DNA from: an uncultured delta proteobacterium
Lineage (GTDB): Bacteria; Desulfobacterota; Binatia; UBA9968
NCBI GenBank assembly: GCA_963804165.1
Contig: CAWDPO010000017.1
Coordinates: 32,001 to 96,000 of the forward strand
Reading direction: 5' to 3'
DNA: 64,000 nt
The translations under genes were made by a program, and so were the position numbers. Of this stretch, positions 39,287 to 49,950 are shown in pieces. The first letter of the stretch is position 1. Every line of letters begins with the position of its first letter. Below the pieces are notes generated by a model. That model had not been told where the DNA came from. It worked only from the letters and a program-made list of their open reading frames with translations, and did not search any database.

Positions 39287-40303
39287 ATGAAGAAAAAGAT
39301 TGCGCTGGTTTTGATCCTGATATTCGGCGCTGGGTTGAACGGCTTGGCCCAAACGAGCTCTACACCCAGCGCGCCGACCGCGGGTATCGTCGCCGCCACG
39401 AAAAAATTCCTCGCCACGCTTGATGATGCCCAGCGTGGCAAGGTCGTCTTTGACTTCAAAGACGAGGCGCAGCGCAAGCGCTGGTCGAATCTTCCGACAG
39501 CAATCTTCAAACGCCAGGGTTTGCGCATGGGCGACCTCACAAAACCGCAGCGCGAGGCCGCGCTGGCCGTCCTGGCAGCGGCGTTCAGTCCGCAGGGGTA
39601 CGAGAAGGTTCTGCAGATCGTCGAGGCCGACGAGGTGTTGAGAAAATCGAGCGGCCAGTCGATGTTCGGGCGCGATGAATATTACGTTTCATTCCTCGGC
39701 CAGCCTTCCACCACCGAGCCGTGGATGATTCAGTTCGGCGGGCACCATCTCGGCCTCAACCTCACGCTTGCCGGCGAGCAACGCACGCTCGCCCCTAGCC
39801 ACACCGGCGCGCAGCCAGCGATTTATGAACTCGAAGGCAAGACCGTGCGCCCCCTGGGTCGCGAGACCGACAAGGCTTTTGCCCTGCTTAGTTCGCTGAA
39901 CGAAGCGCAGCGCAAGCAGGCCATCCTCGACTTTCAGATGCGCGACCTTGTACTCGGGCCCGGCCGCGACGGGCAGACGATTCAGCCGGAAGGAATCAAA
40001 GGCTCGGCCTTGACCGAGAAGCAGCGCGAGATACTGCTGGATCTCGCCAGCGAATGGACCGGCATCCTGCACGAAGCCGTCGCGAAAGCGAGAATGGACG
40101 AGATGAAAAAGAATATCGCCGAAACCTGGTTCGCGTGGAGCGGTCCGACTGAAAGGGGCAGCGCCGCTTACTTCCGCATCCAAGGGCCGACGGTCATCAT
40201 CGAATACGCCCCGCAGCGCCTGGGCGGCGACGCGACAAAGCACATCCACACGATTTACCGCGATCCCACGAACGATTACGGAATGAAATGGTGGAAGCGG
40301 TGA
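39287..40303 (+). CDS. Exported DUF3500-family protein
   Basis: Signal peptide; RWSNLP; WMIQFGGHHLGLN; YFRIQGPTVIIEY; HIHTIYRDPTNDYG. Confidence 0.85.
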   Translation: MKKKIALVLILIFGAGLNGLAQTSSTPSAPTAGIVAATKKFLATLDDAQRGKVVFDFKDEAQRKRWSNLPTAIFKRQGLRMGDLTKPQREAALAVLAAAFSPQGYEKVLQIVEADEVLRKSSGQSMFGRDEYYVSFLGQPSTTEPWMIQFGGHHLGLNLTLAGEQRTLAPSHTGAQPAIYELEGKTVRPLGRETDKAFALLSSLNEAQRKQAILDFQMRDLVLGPGRDGQTIQPEGIKGSALTEKQREILLDLASEWTGILHEAVAKARMDEMKKNIAETWFAWSGPTERGSAAYFRIQGPTVIIEYAPQRLGGDATKHIHTIYRDPTNDYGMKWWKR

Positions 40304-40884
40304 CCAGGGCACTCTGTTGCCTGACGCTGCTGCTCGCGTTATTTGCGTTTCCGTCTGCCGTTTTCGCGCATCGGGACGACCATTATCTGCAAGCGACGCT
40401 TGTGGCCATCGAACCGAGTGGCGTCCGGCTGCAAATCAACCTTACGCCGGGCGTGACTGTCGCCGAACAGGTGATCGCCAAGATCGATCGCGACCGCGAC
40501 GGCGCGATTTCCAAGAACGAAGCGGCAGCTTATGCCAAGTTGCTGAAGCGCGATCTCACGCTCCGCGTAGACGGGCGAAAGTTAGAATTGAAACTGACCG
40601 CGTCTGAATTCGTCCCGCCTGCAGAGCTCCGCACCGGCTCGGGAACAATTCAGATGGAATTCTCCGCAATCTTCGGCGCGGTCGCGCCCGGTCCCCACAA
40701 GCTCACGATCGAGAACGGGCATTTAACCGCGATCAGCGTGTATCTCATCAACGCTGCTCAGCCCAGGTTTGCCACGGTCCAGATCACCAGGCAGAAACGC
40801 AACGAGAACCAGAGCGCTGGCGAAATCGAATTTACTTTTTATCCGTTCCGTCCAAAGGTCGCTGAATCCGGCGCGCGGTCTTGA
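40300..40884 (+). CDS. Exported protein with mature N-terminal His and an EF-hand-like loop, coupled to DUF3500
   Basis: GTGA overlap; signal ...SAVFA|HRDDHYLQATL; IDRDRDGAISKNE. Confidence 0.7.
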   Translation: MTRALCCLTLLLALFAFPSAVFAHRDDHYLQATLVAIEPSGVRLQINLTPGVTVAEQVIAKIDRDRDGAISKNEAAAYAKLLKRDLTLRVDGRKLELKLTASEFVPPAELRTGSGTIQMEFSAIFGAVAPGPHKLTIENGHLTAISVYLINAAQPRFATVQITRQKRNENQSAGEIEFTFYPFRPKVAESGARS

Positions 40885-41112
40885 AATGGATGGGGAGGAA
40901 ACAAGCAGGACAACTTCGGCTTTGCTTCCGACCAGGAGTTTTTAGCAACAGTCCGGAACAGTCAAGCGGCGGTACAACGCCTGATTTGTCAGCGGAGCGC
41001 GAAATAGATAAGGATAGAGGCTGGATTCGATACTCGTCAATATGCGTTTTCAAACGACTCTTGCATGCGCCCTCGGCAGTTTCACTGTTGCCGACGCAGA
41101 CAGCTGCTTGCA

Positions 41113-42264
41113 TCAGAGCGATAGCTTATACAAGTCAATGGCGTTCTGCCGCGTCACTTTACGTTTGGTCTCTTCTGAAATGCCCTCGAATTGTTGATCC
41201 ACGATCTGTTGAGAGTCTGGCCAAGTCGTAGCGCCGTGCGGATAGTCACTTGCCCACAAGAAGCGGTCCGCACCGTAGAGTGGCGTCGTCAAAACTCCGG
41301 CCCGATCGTTCTCGAATGTGAACCAGATGTTCCTGTGAAAGTAATCCGCCGGCGCCAACCTGAGCCCAGCTTTCGGATCATGGTCCTTAAGCTTGGCGAC
41401 CATGTGCGCGACCCAGCCGATGTCCCACTCGGCAGCGACAATTTTTAAGCGGGGGAATCTATCGAAAACTCCCCCATAGATCATCTCCAGGAGAGATGTT
41501 TGAATTTCTCCTTCGCCGCGAATGAAGGTGCGAATTTTCGGATGATGAAATTTTGATTTTTTCCAGGCGCCTGTCGTCGTATGAAGGCAGAGTGGCACAT
41601 CTGCATCTTGGGCAGCGGCCCACAATCGATCAAAATTCGCTTCGCCGTAATTCATTCCGATCGGCGTTGAGGATGCAATCATGAAGCCCTTCGCCGCCTG
41701 CTTCGCATAGTGGGTCAGATCCTCAACGGCGCCCTCGATGTTCAAGATCGAAAGAACGGGGAGGCCAATCAGCCGGTTAGGCGCGACGCTGCAGTATTCC
41801 ATTAACCAGTCGTTGTAAGAATGAACGATGGCTCGAAAAAAAGATTCGTCCTTTAAGCTCAAGCCGTAAACGTGTCGCAGGTGACTTGCGTACAAAATAT
41901 CGACTTCCACTCCATCGCGGTCCATGTCCCTGAGACGGGCATTTGGTTCCCAAGGCCCCGGCCAGTCTTCAAACCGGAAATCCTTGCGGAATTCGGTCGC
42001 TTTTGAAGAAGTGCGGCCGATAACACTGCCTACGCCAAGCCGGCCGATCATCATTCCGAGAAACTCCATCGCACAGGACTCCCGGTTTTTCCCTTCGAGA
42101 CTCGTTTCCCAGTCGCGGATCGATAGGTAAGGACCGTGTTCCTCTTCGCTCGGATTCCACACGATCTCCGGAGCCCGCTCGCCGTACTTCCGGCGCACCC
42201 GCTCCCAAGTGGCAGCGACTTCGTTGACGTGGGAATCCGCAGAGATCAGTTTGTAGTCGGCCAT
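41113..42264 (-). CDS. Amidohydrolase_2 family protein
   Basis: SADSHVNE, SYNDWL, LCLH and ASDYPH. Confidence 0.9.
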   Translation of the reverse strand: MADYKLISADSHVNEVAATWERVRRKYGERAPEIVWNPSEEEHGPYLSIRDWETSLEGKNRESCAMEFLGMMIGRLGVGSVIGRTSSKATEFRKDFRFEDWPGPWEPNARLRDMDRDGVEVDILYASHLRHVYGLSLKDESFFRAIVHSYNDWLMEYCSVAPNRLIGLPVLSILNIEGAVEDLTHYAKQAAKGFMIASSTPIGMNYGEANFDRLWAAAQDADVPLCLHTTTGAWKKSKFHHPKIRTFIRGEGEIQTSLLEMIYGGVFDRFPRLKIVAAEWDIGWVAHMVAKLKDHDPKAGLRLAPADYFHRNIWFTFENDRAGVLTTPLYGADRFLWASDYPHGATTWPDSQQIVDQQFEGISEETKRKVTRQNAIDLYKLSL

Positions 42265-42314
42265 CGAATCCTCCCGAGTTGATTCATCATCAGCTCCATA
42301 GTTAAAGTATCAAG

Positions 42315-43493
42315 TTAACTTATCAAGCGCTGTCCGTATAGTTTGACGGCGTTGTCCCAGAGAATTTTTCGCTTTGCTTCGTCGGATATGGGATGTGCAT
42401 CAAAATCGGGAAGAGCTCTTGCTGGTTCCATTCCGTCAGCATGCGGATAGTCGGTGTTCCACACAATGTTTTCTCCATTTAGAAAATCCACCGCATACTT
42501 AAGCGCCGCTTCGTCACTGTCGCAGGCAACCGTACATTGCCGCTTGAAATACTCGCTCGGTAACATGGATAAATGCTCTGGTTTTCCCATCACGCTGTGG
42601 CGACCGTGCGTGTGTACATCCATACGGCCGAGCCAAAATGGCGCCCAGCCCGCGTTCGACTCCAGTATTGCCAGCCTGAGCTGGGGAAAGCGTTCCAAAA
42701 TTCCGGTAAAAATGAACTGTCCAAGCGTAGCCATATTGTCAAAGGGAAACCCCATCGCATGATTAAGTCCCCGCAACGTCATAGCGTCATGGTACGGCGT
42801 TTTTTCGCCAGCTGATTCCTCTTTAATGACCAAATCTCGAAACGGCTGAAATCGCTCATTCCTGTACTCGCCGTGAACAGCGATGGGGACATCCAACTCG
42901 GACGCGAGGGCCCATAGCGCGTGATAGTCGGGCTCATGCAGCCATCTGCCTTTAGGCAGAAGAACGTTTCTTAAGGAAACGGCTCCCAATTTCTCAACTG
43001 CGCGCCGTCCTTCTGCAAGCATCTCATTGATATCAGTTGAAATGATTACGGCGATGAACTTTAGCCGCTTGGGAGCGGCGCTACAGTAATCGTAGGCCCA
43101 GTTGTTGTACGCGCGGCATAAGGCTGCGCCGATTTCGCTGTCTTTCAGCGCGGCCCGTGGGCCAAAATTGCCATTACTCCCGGTGGGCAGCAGAACCTGA
43201 ATATCCCACCCATGTCGGTCCATGTCTTTAAGGCGAATCTCGGGCGACCACCATTTGTGAAAGGCTTCCCCATATTTTTCCTCGAGCGCATTCCATGCGG
43301 TTTGAGGCGGGCGACTCTCTATTTGTCCTTTCGGGATGATCTTTCCATCAGGTTCATAAACCATGAATGTACCATCCATGTAGGCCACTTTAGGAACTCG
43401 GTCCTTATATCTGCCTTCTACATAGCGTTCCCACATATCCTTCGGTTCGTGCATGTGAGCGTCAGCATCGATCACTTTGAATGATTTCCACAT
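42315..43493 (-). CDS. Amidohydrolase_2 family protein
   Basis: DADAHMHEP, AYNNW, LESNAGW and NTDYPHAD. Confidence 0.9.
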   Translation of the reverse strand: MWKSFKVIDADAHMHEPKDMWERYVEGRYKDRVPKVAYMDGTFMVYEPDGKIIPKGQIESRPPQTAWNALEEKYGEAFHKWWSPEIRLKDMDRHGWDIQVLLPTGSNGNFGPRAALKDSEIGAALCRAYNNWAYDYCSAAPKRLKFIAVIISTDINEMLAEGRRAVEKLGAVSLRNVLLPKGRWLHEPDYHALWALASELDVPIAVHGEYRNERFQPFRDLVIKEESAGEKTPYHDAMTLRGLNHAMGFPFDNMATLGQFIFTGILERFPQLRLAILESNAGWAPFWLGRMDVHTHGRHSVMGKPEHLSMLPSEYFKRQCTVACDSDEAALKYAVDFLNGENIVWNTDYPHADGMEPARALPDFDAHPISDEAKRKILWDNAVKLYGQRLIS

Positions 43494-43754
43494 GGGTCAT
43501 CTCCTGCTATATGCGATTTGTCTAACAGCACTATAAAGACTGAGCCGCGAGCGACACTTTTTCGCGCGCAAAGATCACTTTCTTCATCAATATAGTTTTT
43601 GCGTCGGATCTGTCCAATACTTTTTTATCAGCAGAAAGTATAGACGTTCGTCTATAGAGGGCCAACTCTTGTGCGTTCGGCCGATGAATTCGGACGCGCC
43701 ACGCTAGAAGTCGCTCAAACGGAAAATTGCCGATGTTGAGAGAAGCGCGAGCCG

Positions 43755-44663
43755 CTAGAACTTGCGTTGAGATTTACGTAGGAGTCCGAGAAACTCCTGT
43801 GCGTTGGGAGAGAGCGGTTGGTCTTTCTTATAAACTACAAACGACTCGATCTCGATCTTCTTTAAATCAGTAATACTTAAGATCTTGAGATCACCTCTGC
43901 CAACCTCGTTCTTCAAGTGATCGCGGTAAAGCACTCCCACGCCTAAACACTTCATGACCGCAAGTTTGACAGCCTCGGCAGACTCACATTCCATAAAAAC
44001 GTTTAGCTCAAAACCTTGCTGCTCGATCTGCTTTAGAAGCTCCTGAGTTTTGGATTGACTTCTTTGCTTCACGATCAGAGGCAACTGGGCCAGTTCGGCC
44101 AAAGTCAGCCTTTTTCTCCTGCCCAGCGCGTGGTTAGTCGAAACAAAAAAAACAATCTTCTCAGCGCGACATGGCTCAACGTGAAACCTGCCTGAAACCT
44201 TCATCTGGGAAAGGTTGGTTACGACCGCAACCTCAATGCCGTCAGACTCGGCAAGAAGGCGCTCGATACTTAGACTGTCCCTGGTCCTGAGAGTTATCTG
44301 GATGAGAGGATGAGTTTTTTTAAAACTAGCCAAAAGGGATGGAATCAGAGACGCTGATGGGCCGTGTGACGCGCCGATCATCAGCCGACCGGGTGCCGGC
44401 GAAGGAGTGCGCGGACCGAAATTGTTTTCCAGGCTTTCGACTCGACGAAGAATTTCCTCCACTTCGCGCTGAAAGAGTTGTCCCTTTTCGGTCAGCTCGA
44501 TTCCACGGCCGGTTTTCCTGTACAGCTTCGTTTTATAGGACTCTTCCAGCGATCTCACTTGCTTGAACACCGAAGGCTGGCTGATCCGCAACTGTTTCGA
44601 GGCTTTGGTAAAGTTACGGTGATGGGACACCACCTGGAAAATTTTCAGCTGATGCAAGGTCAT
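43755..44663 (-). CDS. LysR family transcriptional regulator
   Basis: MTLHQLKIF...NFTKASKQLRISQPSVFKQVRSLE HTH and LTEKG. Confidence 0.9.
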   Translation of the reverse strand: MTLHQLKIFQVVSHHRNFTKASKQLRISQPSVFKQVRSLEESYKTKLYRKTGRGIELTEKGQLFQREVEEILRRVESLENNFGPRTPSPAPGRLMIGASHGPSASLIPSLLASFKKTHPLIQITLRTRDSLSIERLLAESDGIEVAVVTNLSQMKVSGRFHVEPCRAEKIVFFVSTNHALGRRKRLTLAELAQLPLIVKQRSQSKTQELLKQIEQQGFELNVFMECESAEAVKLAVMKCLGVGVLYRDHLKNEVGRGDLKILSITDLKKIEIESFVVYKKDQPLSPNAQEFLGLLRKSQRKF

Positions 44664-44916
44664 AATCTTGGCTCGTTCTCTTAAAAGCGCCGTGTTTGTG
44701 CGATGCCTATCAGGACGTGCCCTGGCGATCAATATACAAATATCTATAGCTAGCTTTGACAAAAAAGTAGTGGACGCCAGACAGGCGACCGCCGTAGGTT
44801 AGGCAAGACATATTTCTAGAAGTCCCGTGAAACGGTGGGAGCCTATACGATTGGGCCAGGCCAACGGCTGTTGCGCATGAACGGAATAAAACCACATCCT
44901 TAGAAGGACGCTCACC

Positions 44917-45975
44917 ATGACATTTTGCAATGCCAGAACTTTCGTCGGCGTTAGCATTTGCTTGTCTCTCATGAGTATACCCCTCTGTGCGGCAGATATC
45001 TCACAGATTGCGCTCTATCGCGGCGCTGACCGGCAAACGAAGCTGGAAAAAGCGGCGCAAGCGGAAGGATCGGTCGTCTGGTACACTTCTATCGCATTGG
45101 GAGAGTCGCCTCGTTACGTCGAACTGTTCGAAAAACGCTATCCTTTCATTAAAGTCCATCTCGTTCGCTCCAACTCTTCCAGAATGGCGCAACGATACAT
45201 AGCCGAATATCAGGCGGGAACTTTTCTGGCTGATATTCTCGATACCGGTGATACCACCATAGAATTTTTTCGGCGCAAGGGAATGCTTCAATCGTATTAC
45301 TCCCCGCTTGCGGAGAAATTCGACAAGCGATTTATTCAAAATCAAAATTTTTGGGTCGCCAATCGGGCGACCATGACTGTGCTCGGATACAATACGCGTC
45401 TTGTCAAAGCTGCGGAGGTTCCAACTCGCTATGAAGAAGTGCTTGATGCGAAGTGGAAGGACAAATTTTCATTAGAGCGCGAGGATTCGCCATGGTTTAT
45501 GGCCCTGATGGAATATTGGGGCGAACAGAAAGGCAGGGTTTTCTTCCAAAAACTGCGCGCACAGAATCCGAGGATTCGTACCGGCCACACGCTTCAGGCA
45601 CAGCTCATTGCGGCGGGTGAGGATGCATTTTCTCCTGACACACATAGTGGAGGGATCGCCTCGGCTCAGCGTGCCGGCGCCCCCGTCGATTGGATTGATC
45701 TTGAGCCCGTGGTCGCCGCAAACAATGTCGCCGCTTTGGGAAAAAACGCGCCGCACCCCAACGCGGCAATGCTTTTCCTTGATTTTATGTTGAGCAAAGA
45801 CGGCGCTCAGAAGGTTCTCCGAGACGTTAACCGTATACCTACGCATCCCGAGGTTCTGCCGAATCCCCCTCGCTTGCGCGAGGGATTCAATTTTATTGTC
45901 ATCGATCCTGCGAAGTATAACGACAGTGCCGCACGCTATGGAAAATTGTGGCGTGAATGGGTGCTGCGAGAGTAG
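44917..45975 (+). CDS. ABC transporter extracellular solute-binding protein
   Basis: Signal peptide; AAQAEGSVVWYTS; YNTRLV; APHPNAAMLFLDF. Confidence 0.85.
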   Translation: MTFCNARTFVGVSICLSLMSIPLCAADISQIALYRGADRQTKLEKAAQAEGSVVWYTSIALGESPRYVELFEKRYPFIKVHLVRSNSSRMAQRYIAEYQAGTFLADILDTGDTTIEFFRRKGMLQSYYSPLAEKFDKRFIQNQNFWVANRATMTVLGYNTRLVKAAEVPTRYEEVLDAKWKDKFSLEREDSPWFMALMEYWGEQKGRVFFQKLRAQNPRIRTGHTLQAQLIAAGEDAFSPDTHSGGIASAQRAGAPVDWIDLEPVVAANNVAALGKNAPHPNAAMLFLDFMLSKDGAQKVLRDVNRIPTHPEVLPNPPRLREGFNFIVIDPAKYNDSAARYGKLWREWVLRE

Positions 45976-46179
45976 ATTTCGGCCAACACGAACCTGGGAG
46001 GGACAGCGACGCGGTATCAGGCTTTGCTTATTTGATTCTCCCGGGTCGAAGGCGAGAAAACCCTAAACAAGCAAAAAGGGCAAAATCGGTGTTTGCTTTT
46101 TGTCAAAGCTTTTTCGATTCCCGAACTCTTCAGTGAAGCTCTCCTCCGTTTAGCTTGTTGAAGGATTCGCAGTTTATTC

Positions 46180-46270
46180 GACGACGACCTGCGCAACATG
46201 GATGTTCTGCGGCTGCAGCTCTAGCGCCATGCTTTGGACCAATCCGGTCAATCCCATTTTGCCCATCGCG
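46180..46270 (-). pseudogene. Internal fragment of a short-chain dehydrogenase
   Basis: AMGKMGLTGLVQSMALELQPQNIHVAQVVV. Confidence 0.6.
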
Positions 46271-46345
46271 CGGGGATAAGGGTCAAATCCTTTGTTGACA
46301 ATTACTTCTCGGCAACTGCATGTTTCTGAGAAACTGGATACTTGC

Positions 46346-46431
46346 CTAGGCCGTCTTGGCAAATCCTTCTTTCACTTCTTTCTCGTAGGCGTGCAGCTTG
46401 TTAACGCTCGGGCGCTCCTGCATGCGTTTGA
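46346..46431 (-). pseudogene. 86-bp 3' tail of the GST gene at 57044..57687
   Basis: Aligns with 57044-57129 with six substitutions and includes the stop codon. Confidence 0.85.
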
Positions 46432-46486
46432 GTCAACAAAAGGTTCGCGTCCCCTTTTCTCTCTCTCCCCCCCAAAAAAAAATCAA

Positions 46487-46604
46487 GCGCTGCATCGCCC
46501 AAGCCAACACCGGGATTGTCATCAAACAGAAAGGCGATTGACAACTCTCTAAGTCCGGCGATATTGCTCGCGTCAGAAAAAAAGGTGCTTGAAATATCCT
46601 ATAC
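46487..46604 (+). mobile_element. About 120-bp IS91/ISCR oriIS-only element
   Basis: cgcccaagcc...TTGACAactc...gtccggcgatat...cagaaaaaaaggtgcttgaaatatCCTATAC, homologous to the elements at 49433 and 51728. Confidence 0.75.
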
Positions 46605-46635
46605 AGAAACACCCGACTGAATTGCGCGAGGTACC

Positions 46636-47424
46636 ATGGACGACATGACATCGAGTCCCTATCCACCGTTCGCCGGGGTCGAGCCCTACGGCACCGTCCG
46701 TTCGGTTGTCGACGAACGGGCGCATCGCAAACGGATGTGTGCGCTTGGATACCGCATCTTCGGCGCGATGCGGTGGGGGATGCTCGGCGACGGCCACGTA
46801 TCGGCCCGTGACCCCGAGTTGACCGACCACTTCTGGCTGCTCGACTGGGGCGTCCCCTTCGGCGAGGCGACGGTCCACCAGTTGGTGCTGGTCGGACCCG
46901 GTGGCGAAGTGAAGGATGCCGACGGCAACGCGACCGGTGCCGTCAACACGGCCGGCTACAACATCCACCATCCGCTGCTCGCTGCCCGTCCCGACGTCGT
47001 GAGCGCATCTCACACCCACACCGCCTTCGGCACGCCATGGTCGGCCAACGTCGAGCCGTTTCGCGCGATCAGTCAGGAGGCGTGTGCCTTCGTGTTCGAC
47101 CAGGCACTCTTCGACGATGAGGATGTGGAGGTGCTTTCGATCGATGGCGGCAAGCGCATCGCCGCAGCACTCGGCAACAGGAAGTTCTGCATCCTGCGCA
47201 ACCACGGCCTGCTCACGGTCGGCCGGTCGGTGGAGGAATCGATCGGATGGTTTGTGATGGCCGAACGGGTGGCTGAGGTCCACGTGAAAGCGCCGAACGG
47301 GCGACCGATCTCTAACGAGGCCGCTGCGGTTGCAGCGTCGACACTCGCCCCTGACCCCGTCGGATGGCGGATGTTCCAGTGGGTCCAGCGGTCGCTCGTT
47401 CCCGATCGATCGGTGGTCGACTGA
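46636..47424 (+). CDS. Class II aldolase/adducin family protein
   Basis: GDGHVSARDPE, NTAGYNIH, ASHTHT and ILRNHGLLTVG. Confidence 0.9.
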   Translation: MDDMTSSPYPPFAGVEPYGTVRSVVDERAHRKRMCALGYRIFGAMRWGMLGDGHVSARDPELTDHFWLLDWGVPFGEATVHQLVLVGPGGEVKDADGNATGAVNTAGYNIHHPLLAARPDVVSASHTHTAFGTPWSANVEPFRAISQEACAFVFDQALFDDEDVEVLSIDGGKRIAAALGNRKFCILRNHGLLTVGRSVEESIGWFVMAERVAEVHVKAPNGRPISNEAAAVAASTLAPDPVGWRMFQWVQRSLVPDRSVVD

Positions 47425-47877
47425 ACAGCGCGCCCGGCCAGCTACGCCGGCGTCAGACCGATGAGTCGATGATCGCAGAAGCAAATGGGGTCAAGTCCGC
47501 TCGTCACACTGAAACAACAGGACCGCGCGCGGTCCTATGGAACGCTTGGTGAGAGCGACGAAAATCCGAATGTCAAAACATAGGACTCAACCCCAAGGTA
47601 TTTAAAAGCTAAAAGCGGACTTGACCCCTTTGGGACTTTCTCGTCTCCGATCGCTCGGTGGTCGACTGAACAGCGCGCCCGGCCAGCTACGCCGGCGTCA
47701 GACCGACGAGTCGATGATCGCAGAAGCAATGGGGTCAAGTCCGCTCGTCACACTGAAACAACAGGACCGCGCGCGGTCCTATGGAACGCCTGGTGAGAGC
47801 GACGAAAATCCGAATGTCAAAAACATAGGCTCAACCCCAAGGCATTTAAAAGCTAAAAGCGGACTTGACCCCTTTGG
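47402..47877 (+). repeat. Tandem duplication with 245-bp offset; each copy has the aldolase 3' tip, its flank and a 142-bp MITE
   Basis: 47402-47633 vs 47647-47877. MITEs at 47487-47628 and 47731-47872 have perfect 15-bp IRs GGGGTCAAGTCCGCT/AGCGGACTTGACCCC. Confidence 0.9.
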
Positions 47878-48128
47878 CTGTGGACCCCTTTGGCTGTGTT
47901 GACCCCTTTGGCTGTGTTTGGCTGTGCAAAGCGGGCGGCCAAATGGCGCACGGTGCAGATCAGGCCTCTGTAACTCGCGCTATCGACAGCGTAGCGGCGA
48001 CGACCTCTGGGTTTATGACTCGGATATCCCGCACGAGCCGCCTCTACAGTGCGGTCGATGCTTTCGTCAAACGAGACGATATCAGCATCAGAGTAAGCGA
48101 AAGCTACTCCGCGCCTTTTACGGGCTGA

Positions 48129-48151
48129 GCGGTTCGAACGGGAGGTTAAGG
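48129..48151 (-). other. Possible half attC site (R''/L'' arm only)
   Basis: Minus strand CCTTAAC-ctccc-GTTCGAACCG; no partner arm found. Confidence 0.35.
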
Positions 48152-48339
48152 GAACAAGGCTGAGCATACACGAGAAGTCGAGCGGCCAAAGTGATTTGTT
48201 TAGTTATCCAGCCGGACCCTGCAGCCTACACACGGGATACCAACATCCGGCAAGATAGAATCCAGATTCAGGCCTGACCCTACCACTCCAGGCCTGACCC
48301 TACCACTCTGCCCCTTTATCTTAATCTTCGGAAAGAGCC

Positions 48340-49260
48340 TTAACGCGTATCGATCGCCCGATTGTAATAGGAGAGATCTACGTACTTCTCCGCCGGTGGC
48401 AGCGGCGGCTTAAGGTATCCCATCTCGGCGCGCAGGGCGACAACGGATTTCAACCCCGGAAGATTCAATTCCGCTTTCGGATATAGACCGTAGTCCGAAT
48501 CCAGCAGGACATCTAAGGTCTCTTCCGCCACTTTGTCTTCAAGGCCGTTATGTGTAGCAAGAAGCTCCAAACAGGAGGCACGATTGTGAATGTCAAAACA
48601 CCATTCCGTCGCCTCGACATAAGCGCGAATATAGCGAACCAGCAAATCCCGATTCTTTTCAGCCCAAGAGCGCTTGGCCGCGCCCACAGTTCCCTGATAG
48701 CAGGAAACGATCTGATCGCCGCGCGCCAGCAGGTGGCAGCCTTGCGCCACAGCGTTGCCCGCGAACGGCGGCAAAAGCATGGTGCCGGCAACTCTACCCT
48801 CCAACAATGCTTGATAGCGCCGGTCGACGCCGCCGATCTCGACGAATTTGTAATCGTCGGGACCGAAGCCATTCGAGCGCAGCAGCTTTTCCAGGATGAA
48901 AACGAAACCGCTCGCGCGCGCGTCGACGGCCAGTTCTTTCCCGCGTAGCGACTCGACGGTCGTCATCCCCGGCGCTCCGACGATGCTCAAGAGGCCGCTA
49001 TGGAGTCCCATAAAGATAAAGAGGCTCGAAGGACCGCCGCCGAAGTCTTCCACATCGGCCACAATATCGTCAGCGCCCGTGTGGCCAATCTCGAATTCCC
49101 CCTTCCGCAAAGCGTCGCTGATATAAAGCGAGCCCGGCGTATAGGTTATGTCGATATCGAGACCATGCCGCGCAAATATTCCCTGCTCCCGGCCGGCGTG
49201 TACCGGAAGATTGTAGCCTGCCCGGAATTGGATCAGTCTAAGTCTTGTAAGACTGGCCAT
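48340..49260 (-). CDS. NMT1/THI5-like periplasmic-binding-fold protein with no signal peptide
   Basis: GIFARHGLDI, LRGKELAVDA..SGF and WAEKNRDLLVRYIRAY. Confidence 0.8.
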   Translation of the reverse strand: MASLTRLRLIQFRAGYNLPVHAGREQGIFARHGLDIDITYTPGSLYISDALRKGEFEIGHTGADDIVADVEDFGGGPSSLFIFMGLHSGLLSIVGAPGMTTVESLRGKELAVDARASGFVFILEKLLRSNGFGPDDYKFVEIGGVDRRYQALLEGRVAGTMLLPPFAGNAVAQGCHLLARGDQIVSCYQGTVGAAKRSWAEKNRDLLVRYIRAYVEATEWCFDIHNRASCLELLATHNGLEDKVAEETLDVLLDSDYGLYPKAELNLPGLKSVVALRAEMGYLKPPLPPAEKYVDLSYYNRAIDTR

Positions 49261-49278
49261 GGGAATCTCCTAGAGATT

Positions 49279-49910
<632 letters not shown>

Positions 49911-49950
49911 GCGGAAATGCGGTGAACCTTGGCGATCGGCATGGTGTCCT

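Noticed and set aside
46346-46431. Diversity-generating retroelement template/variable repeat pair (GST tail vs 57044-57129, and other gene-tail copies)
   Set aside because: Only four of six mismatches are at coding-strand adenines of the copy, the MetE and LigB tails show no adenine bias, and no reverse transcriptase is present in the window.
47864-47927. Short direct repeats as a mini-CRISPR
   Set aside because: Units are about 16-18 bp, abut each other without spacers and decay; better explained as stutter at an element end.
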